Source: a candidate division WWE3 bacterium
Lineage (GTDB): Bacteria > Patescibacteriota > WWE3 > UBA101185 > UBA10185
Direction of reading: 5' to 3'
Length of the DNA stretch: 64,000 bases
Assembly (NCBI GenBank): GCA_014729135.1
Contig: WJKK01000001.1
Coordinates: 794,919 to 858,918, forward strand
Positions 47,112 to 61,292 of this stretch are shown piece by piece. Every line of letters starts with the position of its first letter. Positions within the stretch are counted from its first letter, which is position 1. The notes under the pieces are model-generated. The model was not told the DNA's origin. It searched no databases and worked only from the letters and a program-made list of their open reading frames with translations. The translations under genes and the position numbers were made by a program.

Positions 47112-49377
47112 TAAGTATGAATTCTACAGCAACAATGGAGTGGTTTCCAGAGAAATCCGGTTTTAGAGGGGGTTTTTCTTCCGGAAATCCCGACGTTTCG
47201 GTAGCGCCCCATTGAACTTCAAACTCCAGTTTTTCATAGGTCTCCTCCCCCGGAATTAAATAGTAGGTGCTGTTTTGAGGAGGGTTTGTTATGGCGGGCT
47301 TGTTTTGCTCCCCCTCACTGAGAGAAATGTCTTCCGGTTCTTGCTTTTGTGCTAATCTTTCCGAAGGAGGCTCCTCCCGATCCGAGTTAGAGGCGTATTC
47401 AGAATTAGAAAAGAGGGGCTTGTTTAAATGATCATAAGTAGTCAACATGACCTCCCTCCAAATTGGACCGGCACCTGTAACACCATCTATACGGGACATT
47501 GGCGCATTGTCCGTATTTCCAACCCACACACCCACCGCAAAGTCTTCAGGATAATCCTTTGTATAGCCTAAAGTCCAATTGTCATGCCAATCTGTTGTAG
47601 TGCCTGTTTTAGAAGCTGCGTTAAATGGAAGAACCAGAACGTTATTACGCCCAAAACCAAGCACTTTAGCAGAGGGGTTACTTAGGATGCTAAAGAGGGT
47701 GTTACTGACTTCAGTGGAGCGGTTACCCCAAACGGGAGTACCTTTGTCATACTTGGCCATAGACTCCGAGGAGGTACCGGGGCGCTCATAAAGAATGCTA
47801 CTTCCATCTGCAGCTAAAACCTTGCGTACAAAATAAGGCTTCTTATAATAACCGTCTCTACCTAAAGAAGCATACGCATTAGTTAGATTTAGCAGGGTTA
47901 CCTCTCCCCCACCTAAAGTTACACTTAAGCCATAACGCTCCGGGTGGTTTAAGTTGTGAAGGCCAAGTCGCTGAGCAGCTCCTACCATGTCGGCAACACC
48001 TACCATGTCCAATACTTTAACTGCGGGGAGATTTAGAGAGCTTGCTAAAGCTGTGTGCACGGGAACCTCTCCATTGAAAACACCATTATAATTGTGCGGT
48101 ACAAAGCTCTTGCCTTCCTTGTCCACAAAAACGGTTTTCTCATCTAAAATGGTGCCTTCGGGATCCAAAACACCTTCATAAAAGGCCTGACCATAGGTAA
48201 TGGGCTTTAAGGCTGAACCGGGCTGTCGCAAGGAGGTTGCAACGTTTACGGAACCATCAATCTCTTCGTCAAAATAATCAATGCTACCCACCATTGTAAG
48301 AATGGCGCTATCTTTGTTGCGTAAAATTACAACGGAAGAGTTAGAAAGCTTATGTTTGTCCCCTACGGATTTTACTTTGTAATAAGCCTGTTCCCAGGCG
48401 TTGTGAGCTAAAAAAGGATCAAGCGTTGTGTAAATTCGCAGACCCTCCTGTTGAGTGTCAGCCAGAAGGGAATCAGTTTCTGCAAGAGCATATTCTATAA
48501 AGTGCATCTTATTTCTTAAATCCTCTGAAGTTTTAACAAAGACTCCCAAAGGTAACTGCTGAAGTGTCTCAAGGTCTTCTGCAGAAAGATCCTGCTCTTT
48601 AGCCAACAAACTCAACACATGGTTACGACGTTCCTTTGCAGCCTCCGGTGAGGAAATGGGATCATAAACTTCCGGAGAGCTAATCATTCCGGCGAGCAAA
48701 GAAGCCTCCAGTGTAGAAAGATCGGAAGCGCTTTTATTAAAGTAATACTGCGAAGCTGCCTCTACTCCATAGCGCATGTTGCCCAAATAAACAGAGTTCA
48801 AATAGTACTCCAAGATTGCCTCTTTTGTATGGAAAAGCTCTAGGAACAGGGCGGAGTTTGCTTCGCGGATTTTGCGGAGGTACTTGTTGGCGGAGGGGTG
48901 GAAGAGGGAATCTTTGGCAACCTGCTGCGTAATAGTGCTACCTCCCGAAACGATATGGCCGACGGATATATTGGATTGAAGGGCACGAATTATTGCAATG
49001 GGATCAATGCCAAAGTGGGAATAAAAGCGTTTGTCTTCTAGTGTGATAACGGCATTTTTGAGCTTTTCCGAAATTTCAGTGGATTTTATGGGCGATTGGT
49101 AGCCTTCTGAATTTAGGATGGATTCGTAAATTAGGTTATCGTTGATGTCGTAGACCTTTACGGAGGGGTTGTATTTGCCAAAGTTTCTTAGTGTGAGAAG
49201 GCCGTCTAGAAGGAGTGTTAGTGTGAGGATTATTAGTAGTGTTGTGATTATTGGGAGTGTTGAAAATGGTCGGAAGGGTGTTTGCGGTATTGAGGTGATT
49301 TTTTTAAGGAGTGTTTGGAGGCTGTTTTTGAGGGTTTTTATGTAGGAGCCCGGCAGCTTCAGGTTCTTTAAGTGCAT
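46939..49377 (-). CDS. pbpC: Penicillin-binding protein 1C (transglycosylase/transpeptidase)
   Basis: EDKRFYSHFGID, GGSTITQQ, RQPGSALKP, SLN and KTGT motifs; PBP1C-type C-terminal domain. Confidence 0.88.
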   Translation of the reverse strand: MHLKNLKLPGSYIKTLKNSLQTLLKKITSIPQTPFRPFSTLPIITTLLIILTLTLLLDGLLTLRNFGKYNPSVKVYDINDNLIYESILNSEGYQSPIKSTEISEKLKNAVITLEDKRFYSHFGIDPIAIIRALQSNISVGHIVSGGSTITQQVAKDSLFHPSANKYLRKIREANSALFLELFHTKEAILEYYLNSVYLGNMRYGVEAASQYYFNKSASDLSTLEASLLAGMISSPEVYDPISSPEAAKERRNHVLSLLAKEQDLSAEDLETLQQLPLGVFVKTSEDLRNKMHFIEYALAETDSLLADTQQEGLRIYTTLDPFLAHNAWEQAYYKVKSVGDKHKLSNSSVVILRNKDSAILTMVGSIDYFDEEIDGSVNVATSLRQPGSALKPITYGQAFYEGVLDPEGTILDEKTVFVDKEGKSFVPHNYNGVFNGEVPVHTALASSLNLPAVKVLDMVGVADMVGAAQRLGLHNLNHPERYGLSVTLGGGEVTLLNLTNAYASLGRDGYYKKPYFVRKVLAADGSSILYERPGTSSESMAKYDKGTPVWGNRSTEVSNTLFSILSNPSAKVLGFGRNNVLVLPFNAASKTGTTTDWHDNWTLGYTKDYPEDFAVGVWVGNTDNAPMSRIDGVTGAGPIWREVMLTTYDHLNKPLFSNSEYASNSDREEPPSERLAQKQEPEDISLSEGEQNKPAITNPPQNSTYYLIPGEETYEKLEFEVQWGATETSGFPEEKPPLKPDFSGNHSIVAVEFILNEQYLGKLYKEDSKNDSTHFLWDPQEGTFTLEANFINSHGETISKDTVLFQVHSPKP

Positions 49378-49512
49378 GGTTTTAGTTTAGCATTTGTGTT
49401 TTTGTGGAGGGGTTTGGGGGATTTAAAATGAACCGAGGGTACCGAAAGTACTACAAGCCATCGCCAATCAAAATACGCCCGACTGGCGATGGCTGCTGGA
49501 ATTAAGACGAGG

Positions 49513-49653
49513 CTACTTCTTCGCCTCCTCCTCACGTTCCCGACGTTTCTTCTCGCCGAGGCCGCATATGAGGGAACAGGTTTCGCAGGTACCCCCGCTT
49601 TCCAAATGTTCACGACAACGACGCCTCGCCTTAGCATCCTGCTTTCCAGCCAT
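49513..49653 (-). CDS. Small Cys/His-rich basic protein (46 aa)
   Basis: AGGAAGGAG RBS before MAGKQDAK...CREH...CETCSLIC; hairpin downstream. Confidence 0.5.
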   Translation of the reverse strand: MAGKQDAKARRRCREHLESGGTCETCSLICGLGEKKRREREEEAKK

Positions 49654-49780
49654 TTGAAACTCCTTCCTTTCGTCTCTCTCAACAGGAGAGACATACATAA
49701 TATAAACGACACTAACGGTCAACGTACCAAGCACAATAACAAAAAAACTTTTATTCCGCAACTTTTTTCCCGCTCTTTTC

Positions 49781-49858
49781 ATAAAGCGCAGAAATATCCC
49801 TTTTGCGCGAATTTTGGCGTACTCGCCAACCTGAGCAAAAAAGGGATATTTCAAGCTG
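49781..49858 (+). repeat. 78-bp structured dispersed repeat
   Basis: Near-identical to 27052-27129. Confidence 0.85.
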
Positions 49859-49939
49859 TGAAACCAGGAAGAAATGAGGGGAAAAAGAAAAAGGCCCGCC
49901 AAAGCGAGCCTCCTTCATGTCTAAAAAAAATCAAAATAA

Positions 49940-50107
49940 AACCGCCCGACGTGCCGTTCCACCGGAGTAGAATCCCTCGATTCTAAAGTGGGTTTCCTAT
50001 CTTGAGTCTTTACTCCCAAGAACCCGGAATCCCTATAAGCGAGTGTTGAGACTTACTTCAGTTCCGGCTTTTTCGAACACGTCAGAGTAGAGCTTTTTTC
50101 ATCTCTT
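49940..50107 (-). ncRNA. ssrS: Probable 6S RNA
   Basis: Closing stem CTGACGTGTTCG...AACGGCACGTCGGG resembles Firmicute 6S ends; apical stem GGGTT...AACCC; ~170 nt; own TTGACG...TGATATAAT promoter. Confidence 0.6.
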
Positions 50108-50143
50108 ATGCTAATTATATCAAAATTTCAGGCGCGTCAAATC

Positions 50144-50764
50144 CTACAATCCAAAAATGCCAAAAAACATTTCAACTGCAGGAAAAAGTATCCTATCCAG
50201 TGCATCCGTCAACACCAGAAATATTAAAATAAATGTTCCATAAGGAGCCAATTGGAGCCACTGTTGCGCCAGATTCTCCGGTAGGACACCTCTTACGAAT
50301 TTAAATCCATCTAATGGGGATATTGGCAAGGCGTTGAAGACAGCTAGAATTACGTTGTAGTAGCCAAAAAAGTAAAGGAAGGCGTGGAGAAATCCTCCTA
50401 TGGGGACGCTTAAGGAGAGCAACAAGCGAAGGAGGCCAGCGGAGGCGAAGGCAAGGGCTAGGTTGATGCCGGGGCCTGCAATGGAGACGAGTGCTGATCC
50501 TTTTTTGGGGTCTTTCATGTTGTAGGGGTTGATGGGCACGGGTTTTGCCCAGCCGAATCCCGCGAAAAGGAGGAGTAGTGTGCCGATGGGATCGAGGTGT
50601 GCTAGTGGGTTAAGTGTGAGGCGCCCTTGTTGCTTGGCGGTTGGGTCTCCTTGGAGGTAGGCCATGTAGGCGTGGGCAAATTCGTGGAGGGCTAGCGCAA
50701 ATATTAGCGCTGCGGTGAGTACTATGAAGAGGAGTGGGTTTTGGAAGAGTTGGTTTATTAGCAT
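50144..50764 (-). CDS. Site-2 protease family (M50) membrane metalloprotease
   Basis: [32 protein letters not shown] and [11 protein letters not shown] motifs. Confidence 0.93.
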   Translation of the reverse strand: MLINQLFQNPLLFIVLTAALIFALALHEFAHAYMAYLQGDPTAKQQGRLTLNPLAHLDPIGTLLLLFAGFGWAKPVPINPYNMKDPKKGSALVSIAGPGINLALAFASAGLLRLLLSLSVPIGGFLHAFLYFFGYYNVILAVFNALPISPLDGFKFVRGVLPENLAQQWLQLAPYGTFILIFLVLTDALDRILFPAVEMFFGIFGL

Positions 50765-50803
50765 GTTGGGATTATATCATTCCCTTCGTTAGTCTCTGCT
50801 AAA

Positions 50804-50883
50804 TAAGGAGGCCTGCCCATCTTTTTGTCTCCACGACTCCATTTCATTCCGTAATGTCGCCAAAAAGAGAGCCGACCTCCTTA
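50804..50883. repeat. Hairpin element with a conserved 37-nt core (copy 2)
   Basis: Same core as 29589 but a different closing stem: TCTTTTTG/CAAAAAGA and TAAGGAGG/CCTCCTTA. Confidence 0.75.
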
Positions 50884-50972
50884 AACTCCCATCCCCTATC
50901 TTATCGTGACACTCCTCCAAAAATGCAAACTAAAAATAACAACCTGCCCCCAAAATATGATAGAATTCCACA

Positions 50973-51158
50973 GTGAAAGCACTTATCAAGTTTTTAAAGG
51001 ACTCCAAAAGAGAGTTTACAAAGGTCGATTGGCCGTCAAAAAAAGAGACTTTGCGCTTGACGGGATACGTAATTGGTGTTAGCTTTAGCATCGCACTATT
51101 TGTTATGGGAATCGACTATGTGTTCAAATCGGGTCTGGAGGTTTTGCTAGGGTTTTGA
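50973..51158 (+). CDS. secE: Preprotein translocase subunit SecE
   Basis: EFTKVDWPSKKE plus a TM helix; upstream of nusG. Confidence 0.93.
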   Translation: MKALIKFLKDSKREFTKVDWPSKKETLRLTGYVIGVSFSIALFVMGIDYVFKSGLEVLLGF

Positions 51159-51272
51159 TAAGATTTTCAGATGGAGGGATGTTCTTTGGGAGGTGTGTGG
51201 AGCCCACTGAAATGCTTTTGCTAAAACAAAGTTAGTGCTACAAAGTTTAAAAAAGTTTAAGTCAGACAAACA

Positions 51273-51941
51273 ATGACAGAAGATACACAAAAAGACAATA
51301 CAGAGGCAGAGAACGTTGAGGTAGTTGAGGAAACTGCTACAACTGAAGAAACTCCGGAGTCAAGCAAGACCGCTCAAAGCGATAACATAGTCTTGTTGAG
51401 CACCCAAGAACCCACTAAAGAAGCCAATTGGTACGTTGTTCATACTTTTTCAGGCAACGAACACAAAGTTGCTAAACTCTTAAAAGAACGCGTTCAAATA
51501 GGCGGATTTACAGATCGCATTTTTAAAGTAATGGTCCCACAGCAAAAAAAGATTGTAGTAGAGGATGGTGAAAAAAAGACTGTAGAGGAGCGCTTGTTCC
51601 CCGGATACGTTTTGGTCTTAATGGAAGTGTCCGATGAAACCTGGCACGTTGTCCGTGGATTAAAGGGAGTAACAGGCTTTGTAGGTACAGGAACAACCCC
51701 CACTCCCCTCCCCGAGTCTGAAGTAGCAGCTTTAATGAGCTACATGTCTTCAGAGGAGCCTTCTTTTGAAGCAAGCTTTAATGTTGGGGATGCGGTGAAG
51801 ATAACTGGAGGTCCTTTTGCTGACTTTTTAGGAAAAGTCGAGGAAGTTAATGAAGAGCAAGGAAAAGTCAAAGTTCTGGTAAGTGTTTTCGGGCGAGAAA
51901 CTCCTGTGGAATTGGACTTTACACAAGCGGTTAACTTGTAA
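51273..51941 (+). CDS. nusG: Transcription antitermination factor NusG
   Basis: WYVVHT.SG.E, FPGYVLV, GVTGFVG and KOW domain (FGRETPVEL). Confidence 0.97.
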   Translation: MTEDTQKDNTEAENVEVVEETATTEETPESSKTAQSDNIVLLSTQEPTKEANWYVVHTFSGNEHKVAKLLKERVQIGGFTDRIFKVMVPQQKKIVVEDGEKKTVEERLFPGYVLVLMEVSDETWHVVRGLKGVTGFVGTGTTPTPLPESEVAALMSYMSSEEPSFEASFNVGDAVKITGGPFADFLGKVEEVNEEQGKVKVLVSVFGRETPVELDFTQAVNL

Positions 51942-52031
51942 TAAACTGTTAACCTGTTACAATCGTTAGGCTCTCAATTTGGGGTTTTAAGAACATCCCC
52001 GGGAATAAATCGAAAAAAGAAAGATTTTAAA

Positions 52032-52472
52032 ATGGCAAAAAAGAAAAGTAAGAAAAAAATAAAAGCAAAAGTTAGATTGAACATACCTGCGGGTAAAGCC
52101 ACACCGGCACCTCCTGTAGGGCCTGCTTTAGGACAACATGGAGTTCCTTTGATGGACTTCTGCAAGCAATTTAACGCTAAAACCGCAAAGATGGGGAATG
52201 ACTTGATTCCTGTGATTTTAACTGTTTATCAAGACCGATCCTTTGATTTTATAACCAAAACACCGGTTACTTCTTCGCTGATCTTGAAAAAACTTGGAGT
52301 GAAAAAGGGTTCCGGAGTGCCAAACAAAGAAAAAATAGGCAAACTTTCCCGTAAGGATTTGGAAGAAATTGCCGAGATTAAGATGCCTGACTTAAATACG
52401 GAGGATATGGATAAGGCTGTTAAGATCATTGCCGGAACAGCGGAATCTATGGGAGTTGAGTGCGAGGCGTAA
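52032..52472 (+). CDS. rplK: 50S ribosomal protein L11
   Basis: [18 protein letters not shown] signature. Confidence 0.97.
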   Translation: MAKKKSKKKIKAKVRLNIPAGKATPAPPVGPALGQHGVPLMDFCKQFNAKTAKMGNDLIPVILTVYQDRSFDFITKTPVTSSLILKKLGVKKGSGVPNKEKIGKLSRKDLEEIAEIKMPDLNTEDMDKAVKIIAGTAESMGVECEA

Positions 52473-52568
52473 ACCTAGAACTAAAGGATTAGCTAAGTTA
52501 TCGGGAAAACGACTATTTTAAAGTTTAGTAACAGAAACGAATCAGAAAGTTAAACAAGATTTAAAGAC

Positions 52569-53186
52569 ATGACATATACAGTCAAAGAAGCAGTTAAAAA
52601 AGTAAAGGAAAACGCTACTGAAAAATTTGATGCCTCTGTAGAAGCCCACATCAACTTAAAAGTACCTGAAAATCAAACGGTGCGTTTTACTACTACTCTT
52701 CCCGAAGGCACAGGTAAGGAAAGAAAAGTGGCCGTAATGTCTTCTGAGGATGTTCCCGAAGCTGATTTACAACTTAAAGAGGCGGATATTGCCAAAATTA
52801 AAAAGGGAGAATTGTCACCCGGAGAGGATTTTGACGTTTTTATAGCAGAGCCTCGATTTATGTCAAAGATTGCACAAGTTGCTCCTATTTTAGGACCCGC
52901 AGGAGTTATGCCTAACCCAAAAAGTGGGACAGTTACTGAAAATGTACAAAATACTGTGAAAGACTTTAAATCAGGACAGATAGAAGTGCGAACGGAACCT
53001 TCTGCTACAATAATTCATACTGTTATCGGAAAAGTCAGCTGGGATGATGAAAGGCTTGCTAGCAATTTAAACCACCTTTTGACAGCACTGCGCTCTAACC
53101 GACCGGTGGGTGCAAAACAAAACTGGATTAAGTCAGTTTATGTCACTTCTTCCATGGGACCTTCTTTTGAAGTCTCCTTGGAGTAA
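52569..53186 (+). CDS. rplA: 50S ribosomal protein L1 (N-terminally short)
   Basis: KFDASVE, LPEGTGK, LGPAGVMPNPKSGTVT and SSMGP motifs. Confidence 0.95.
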   Translation: MTYTVKEAVKKVKENATEKFDASVEAHINLKVPENQTVRFTTTLPEGTGKERKVAVMSSEDVPEADLQLKEADIAKIKKGELSPGEDFDVFIAEPRFMSKIAQVAPILGPAGVMPNPKSGTVTENVQNTVKDFKSGQIEVRTEPSATIIHTVIGKVSWDDERLASNLNHLLTALRSNRPVGAKQNWIKSVYVTSSMGPSFEVSLE

Positions 53187-53349
53187 GTAATTAATCGCCA
53201 ACTAACTTCTACAAAACTACACTCGCTTAAGCATCTCTATAAGAGCAAAGAACGCCCTTTGACGAACTTTTGCAGCGAGAATTACATTATTTGTTATATA
53301 AGAAAATTCGAAGCGAAACGTGAGGAAAAGGGCGCTCTTTGCGTTTACT

Positions 53350-56060
<2,711 letters not shown>

Positions 56061-56064
<4 letters not shown>

Positions 56065-57629
56065 ATATTTATACCCAATAACTCCTTAATAGTTTCTTGC
56101 TCCTTCATAACAGCTGCTAACAAAGCATTAAAATCCTCACTTGTATTTACCAAATTATCTAAATAGCGTCTGAAATCTGCATCTTCTTTATACAAGGTTT
56201 TCATTTTCTTACCCAGGAATTTTAGACTTTGAATTTGTTTTGGCGTTATTAAACCTCCCCAAATCATTGTAAACAAGAGGTATTGAACATGGAGAGGGTA
56301 AATCTGGCGAGGAGGTTGCCTGAAAAAGGCTGTCACTTTTTCTCCGGTTTCTAAGCTGGTTCTAATTCCCTCACTTAGCTCCGCACCAAAGTGAACAAAT
56401 CTCTTGTGCTTTCTAAGAAGATTTAAAAATCCGGAAAGTTCTCTGTTAAGACTCTGGTGTAACTTTGACTGCACTTGGCGCCCCACACGTGTAACAGATA
56501 AGAAAGCATCTACTGCAGGACGGTTACCTTCATCAAAAAGAGCAGAGTCAAAGAAGACATGGCCGTCAGTCATTGACATTAAGTTGGTCTGGATATAACC
56601 GGAAATATCGCCTTCGACAGTTTCTGCCACAGGAAGACATGTTATGGAACTGGTACCGTTTTCATTCTTAAAGTTACCTGCTCGCTCAAATAACTGTGAA
56701 TGAATGAAGAATATATCCCCGGGATAAGACTCTCTACCAGGAAAACTACCTCCAACCAGCGACAATTCGCGATAATACTTGGCATGTGAGGACATATCAT
56801 CTAATATAAGTACAACGTCACGCCCCTGATTTCTAAAATACTCTGCAAAAGCCATGGCCGTATAGGGTGTCAAATATACTTCTCCCGCAGAATCTGAGGA
56901 GGAAGTTCCTACTAGCATGAACTTATCGCCTAAATTATGCTGTCTACTAAAATCCAAAACATCTAAAAGAGCCCCCTTGTTCTTACCTATGCCGGCGTAT
57001 ATGCAAATAGAGCCTTCACTAACCTGAGAAAGAATCACCTGCATTAAAAACTCGGTTTTTCCGGACTTTTTATCCCCTAATATAAGCTCCCGCTGTCCTT
57101 TACCCAAAGGAACCATAAGATCAACAATGGAAACGCCCGTTACTAACGGATCAGAAACTTTGGCGCGAGAGGGAAAGTCAGGAGCGTCGTTAAAAACTTC
57201 CATTAAGGTGGTTTCATTGGAATCACCGGAGATAGCGGACAAACCAACGGATCCGGGAGAAGACTGAAAAACACCAGCCACAGAGGCAGAATTAGCAGCG
57301 GAGCCTTCTGAAGAATCCATCAAGCTTTTTCCTAAGCAGTCATAGGCACCCCCTAGTAATTTTTCATGGGCTGCTATCTTTAAAGATTGCTTTGTTCTAG
57401 CAAGCTTATCGCCTACTTTAAAACCCACCTCATCCAGCAGCAAAACATGAGCAATATCCTCATCCAATGTCATGACTATTCCCAGATTTTCATCCTCAAA
57501 CACGACAACTTCACCTAGAAACACATTAGGCAAACCGGAGACTCCTACTAAAGGGAAATTCAGTGTCTCAACAAATCCTACTTCTTTGTTTTCTTCTAAA
57601 TAGTGCTTAAAACTTTTCCCAAGATACAT
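56061..57629 (-). CDS. atpA: F1-ATPase alpha subunit (divergent)
   Basis: PLGKGQRELILGDKKSGKT, PGRESYPGDIF, ERAG, SMTDG and SVTRVG (Arg finger). Confidence 0.92.
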
Positions 57630-57637
57630 ATGTCGTA

Positions 57638-58132
57638 CTAATTCTCTCCTGCTAATGAAGTAACTCCGGCCGTCAAAGCCGTCTTTCCATTCTTAAAATA
57701 ATCATTTAATTTGGTACGCAAGGATAGGTCAAAGTAAGAACCTTTAAGATACAAAATGACACCGCCTAAAAGAGATTTGTCATACTCCCGGACAAGCACA
57801 AAAGGCTCTTTAACAACTTTTTCTTTTAAAAAAGCAAAGACCTGCACCCAAAAATCGGTGCTCATACCATTTAAAGCAACTTTTACACGAACCTCCTCTA
57901 ACTCTGAAAGACTTTTTCTAATTTCTTTTAAAGCTTTCTCAATAGCGGAAGCACTAGAAATGTCCACTCCATTAGCTTCTAAAAACTTGCGTAATTTTTG
58001 CAAATTGGTCTTACCTGTAGGCCAAACGAACTTGTTATCAGAATAAAGGGTTGACTGCAAGGAGCGGATTGTCTTTATTAGCTCAGACATGTCAGTGTTA
58101 AATTTTATTAGTTCGTTTACATCCATTGTCAT
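57638..58132 (-). CDS. atpH: Delta/OSCP-like subunit
   Basis: C-terminal DKSLLGGVIL...FDLSLRTKL is typical of delta. Confidence 0.75.
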   Translation of the reverse strand: MTMDVNELIKFNTDMSELIKTIRSLQSTLYSDNKFVWPTGKTNLQKLRKFLEANGVDISSASAIEKALKEIRKSLSELEEVRVKVALNGMSTDFWVQVFAFLKEKVVKEPFVLVREYDKSLLGGVILYLKGSYFDLSLRTKLNDYFKNGKTALTAGVTSLAGEN

Positions 58133-58175
58133 ATTAAACTCTTAGCGGAAGAGGCGTGGGATTTGCTTCCCCTGA

Positions 58176-58904
58176 CTAGCTCTCAAAAACCTCATTCCTT
58201 TTAGCCTCCTCCAAAACCTTCAAAACATAGTCCTCATGATCCTTCAAACTCAAACTCTTCCCAATAATCGCCTTAGCAGCACTCTGCACCACACGCTCCA
58301 CCGAATCCCCTATTCTCTCCTTTTGCGCTGCCTTATACCGCGTCAACTCAGTCTGCATGTCCTCACGGGATTCTCTCAACGCCACCTCCAAGCTCTTCCT
58401 AAAAGCCTGCAGCTCATTAGCCATCTCATCCTTAAACTCTTGGGACACACCCTTCATAGCCTCCAAGTTTTCCTTAGACGCCTCCAATAAAGCCTTGCGA
58501 TTAACCTTTAGCAGATTCTCCGAGGATTCGCTAAGAAACTCCTGACTCTCCTCTGAAAACTCCTCAACCTGCTCATCCAAAGCTTCTGTCATATCTTGTC
58601 CTAACACATTTGCATCCGACAAAATCTTGCCGGCGCGCTTATTTGCCTCCTCTACAATCTCAAAGGCCTGTCGCTTAGCCTCATCCAGCGTCTCAGAAGC
58701 CTCCTCAAACTCCTCCTCCTTACACTCCTCCAGAGAAGACGCCTTAGATAAAAGGTTGATGAAAAAGGAACTTAAAGCGAAAAACAAAACAAAAAGTAAA
58801 ACAAATGACAAAATTGCCAAAGGAATAAGATATTCAGCTGATGGATAAGGCGGAAAGTTAATTCGGAAAGCTTGACCTATTGTTTCTAAAATGGGCAGAT
58901 TCAT
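58176..58904 (-). CDS. Subunit b-like peripheral stalk protein (long)
   Basis: N-terminal TM and a long acidic coiled coil (LDEAKRQAFEIVEEA...AAKAIIGKSL); occupies the atpF position. Confidence 0.7.
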   Translation of the reverse strand: MNLPILETIGQAFRINFPPYPSAEYLIPLAILSFVLLFVLFFALSSFFINLLSKASSLEECKEEEFEEASETLDEAKRQAFEIVEEANKRAGKILSDANVLGQDMTEALDEQVEEFSEESQEFLSESSENLLKVNRKALLEASKENLEAMKGVSQEFKDEMANELQAFRKSLEVALRESREDMQTELTRYKAAQKERIGDSVERVVQSAAKAIIGKSLSLKDHEDYVLKVLEEAKRNEVFES

Positions 58905-58958
58905 TTTTATAAAGACCTTTCTTTAGTTATTTTTTATCTCCGGTTAGTTATAAATTAG

Positions 58959-59879
<921 letters not shown>

Positions 59880-61063
59880 TCAAAGGATTTGTTGTTTTTG
59901 GAGGTGTTTTTAAGTGCTTAATTTAATGCATACCTTTAGGAAAGATTCGGAAAACTTTTTGGGATAATGTTTTACTCAGGTTACTCGTGAGAATTTTTAA
60001 AGGAGTTTTGGAGTACGCTTTTAGGATAACTACAAAAGCCAGAAGGAGCGTTAGCAGGCGAAACCACGGAATGACAAATGGAGCGATCAAAATAAGCACA
60101 AGAGATGAAAAAGGGTGTAAATTTTTGATAAATCGCTAATTTGCAAATTATAACAACCTAAATAGCAAAGATCAAGGAAAAGCACGTGTTTCCTCTGGCT
60201 TTAAAGCCGTCCAAACAGAGGGTGCAAACTTTGTTATACACCCCTGTGGAGGGGAATAAAAAGGTTTATCAGACACAACACAAAGAGTGCCAGGTAAGAA
60301 GGCAATTTTTACTCATTTTACTCAAAACCATTCCATAGAGGTTGAAAAGTAGCGGGAATAGGGGTACATGTGTTGAGTCATTAGGAGAACTCAAAACAGC
60401 TCTCCTCCGATAAGTTTTTGAGGAAAATCGACAACATCTAGATCAATATCATCTAGCAACTTTTTAAGAAAAAAGATGAGAGCTGATTTAGGTTTGAGAA
60501 AATTACTTTGATTTTCCTAAAACACACCGCGCACAAAACAACGCAATTGCACACAAAGCTCTCTTTGGAAATTTTTGAGCAATTTCGTAACTTTTAGACC
60601 AGTCCAGTAGAGGCTTACCCTTTTCTAAAATCAACGGCATATTACTTAAAAAGACAAATTCCAGAAGAGCCTCCACTTTATATAGGATGAAATTGAACAA
60701 GTAAGGAGCTTTTTTCGATATAGAAATAAAAATTTCTCCGCAAGGGTGCCTAATTAAACAAATGCGCATTATTTTTTATTTCAAAAAATCAAATTTTTGA
60801 AACGGCGCCAAAGTAAAGAAAAATTTAGTTTTCAGAAAAAAGAAATTTTTAGGACTCCCCTACTCTGCAAAAGAAATCATCTTAAATTGAGTAGACAGTT
60901 GACTCAAAAAACCTCTCGACTGACTCTAGAAATTCTAAACGAAAAAAATCAGCTTAGTATTGGAGGCTGAGGTTTAGAAACTCCCAAAGTATCAATTTAA
61001 AAGTATTGTATGTCAAAATGGAGTGAAAAAACCGCTTAAAACGAATTCTAGAGCCTCGCTTGA

Positions 61064-61128
61064 AAAAGGGACAGGCTTCTAAGGGGACAGTCCTTTGAAA
61101 GGACTGTCCTCTCCGAGGACAGTCCCCT
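61064..61128. repeat. GGACAGTCC-type REP cluster (intergenic)
   Basis: Shares AAAAGGGACAGGCTTCT with the dnaX copy and GGACTGTCCTCTCCGAGGACAGTCC with the mrdA copy. Confidence 0.85.
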
Positions 61129-61166
61129 ATAGTAAGCGAGCCCCTCTAGTAACTGTGGAAAAGTTG

Positions 61167-61195
61167 TTGACTTAAGCACTTGCATGGGATACTAT
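61167..61195 (+). promoter_or_regulatory. Sigma70 promoter of the giant-protein gene
   Basis: TTGACT-17 nt-TACTAT about 100 nt upstream of the ATG at 61293. Confidence 0.55.
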
Positions 61196-61292
61196 TTATA
61201 TAACCTTGTTATTTGGCTCTATAAAGGTTTGTGACAAGGCTTTGAAAAACAATGACGACCAACAAAATGCCGGTTTAAAGAAAGAAAGAAAC

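Noticed and set aside
49654-49902. 129-aa extension of the ORF ending at 49513, and ORFs 26675-27046 and 26838-27077
   Set aside because: They read through or next to the 78-bp repeat and non-coding hairpins; shorter SD-led ORFs fit better.
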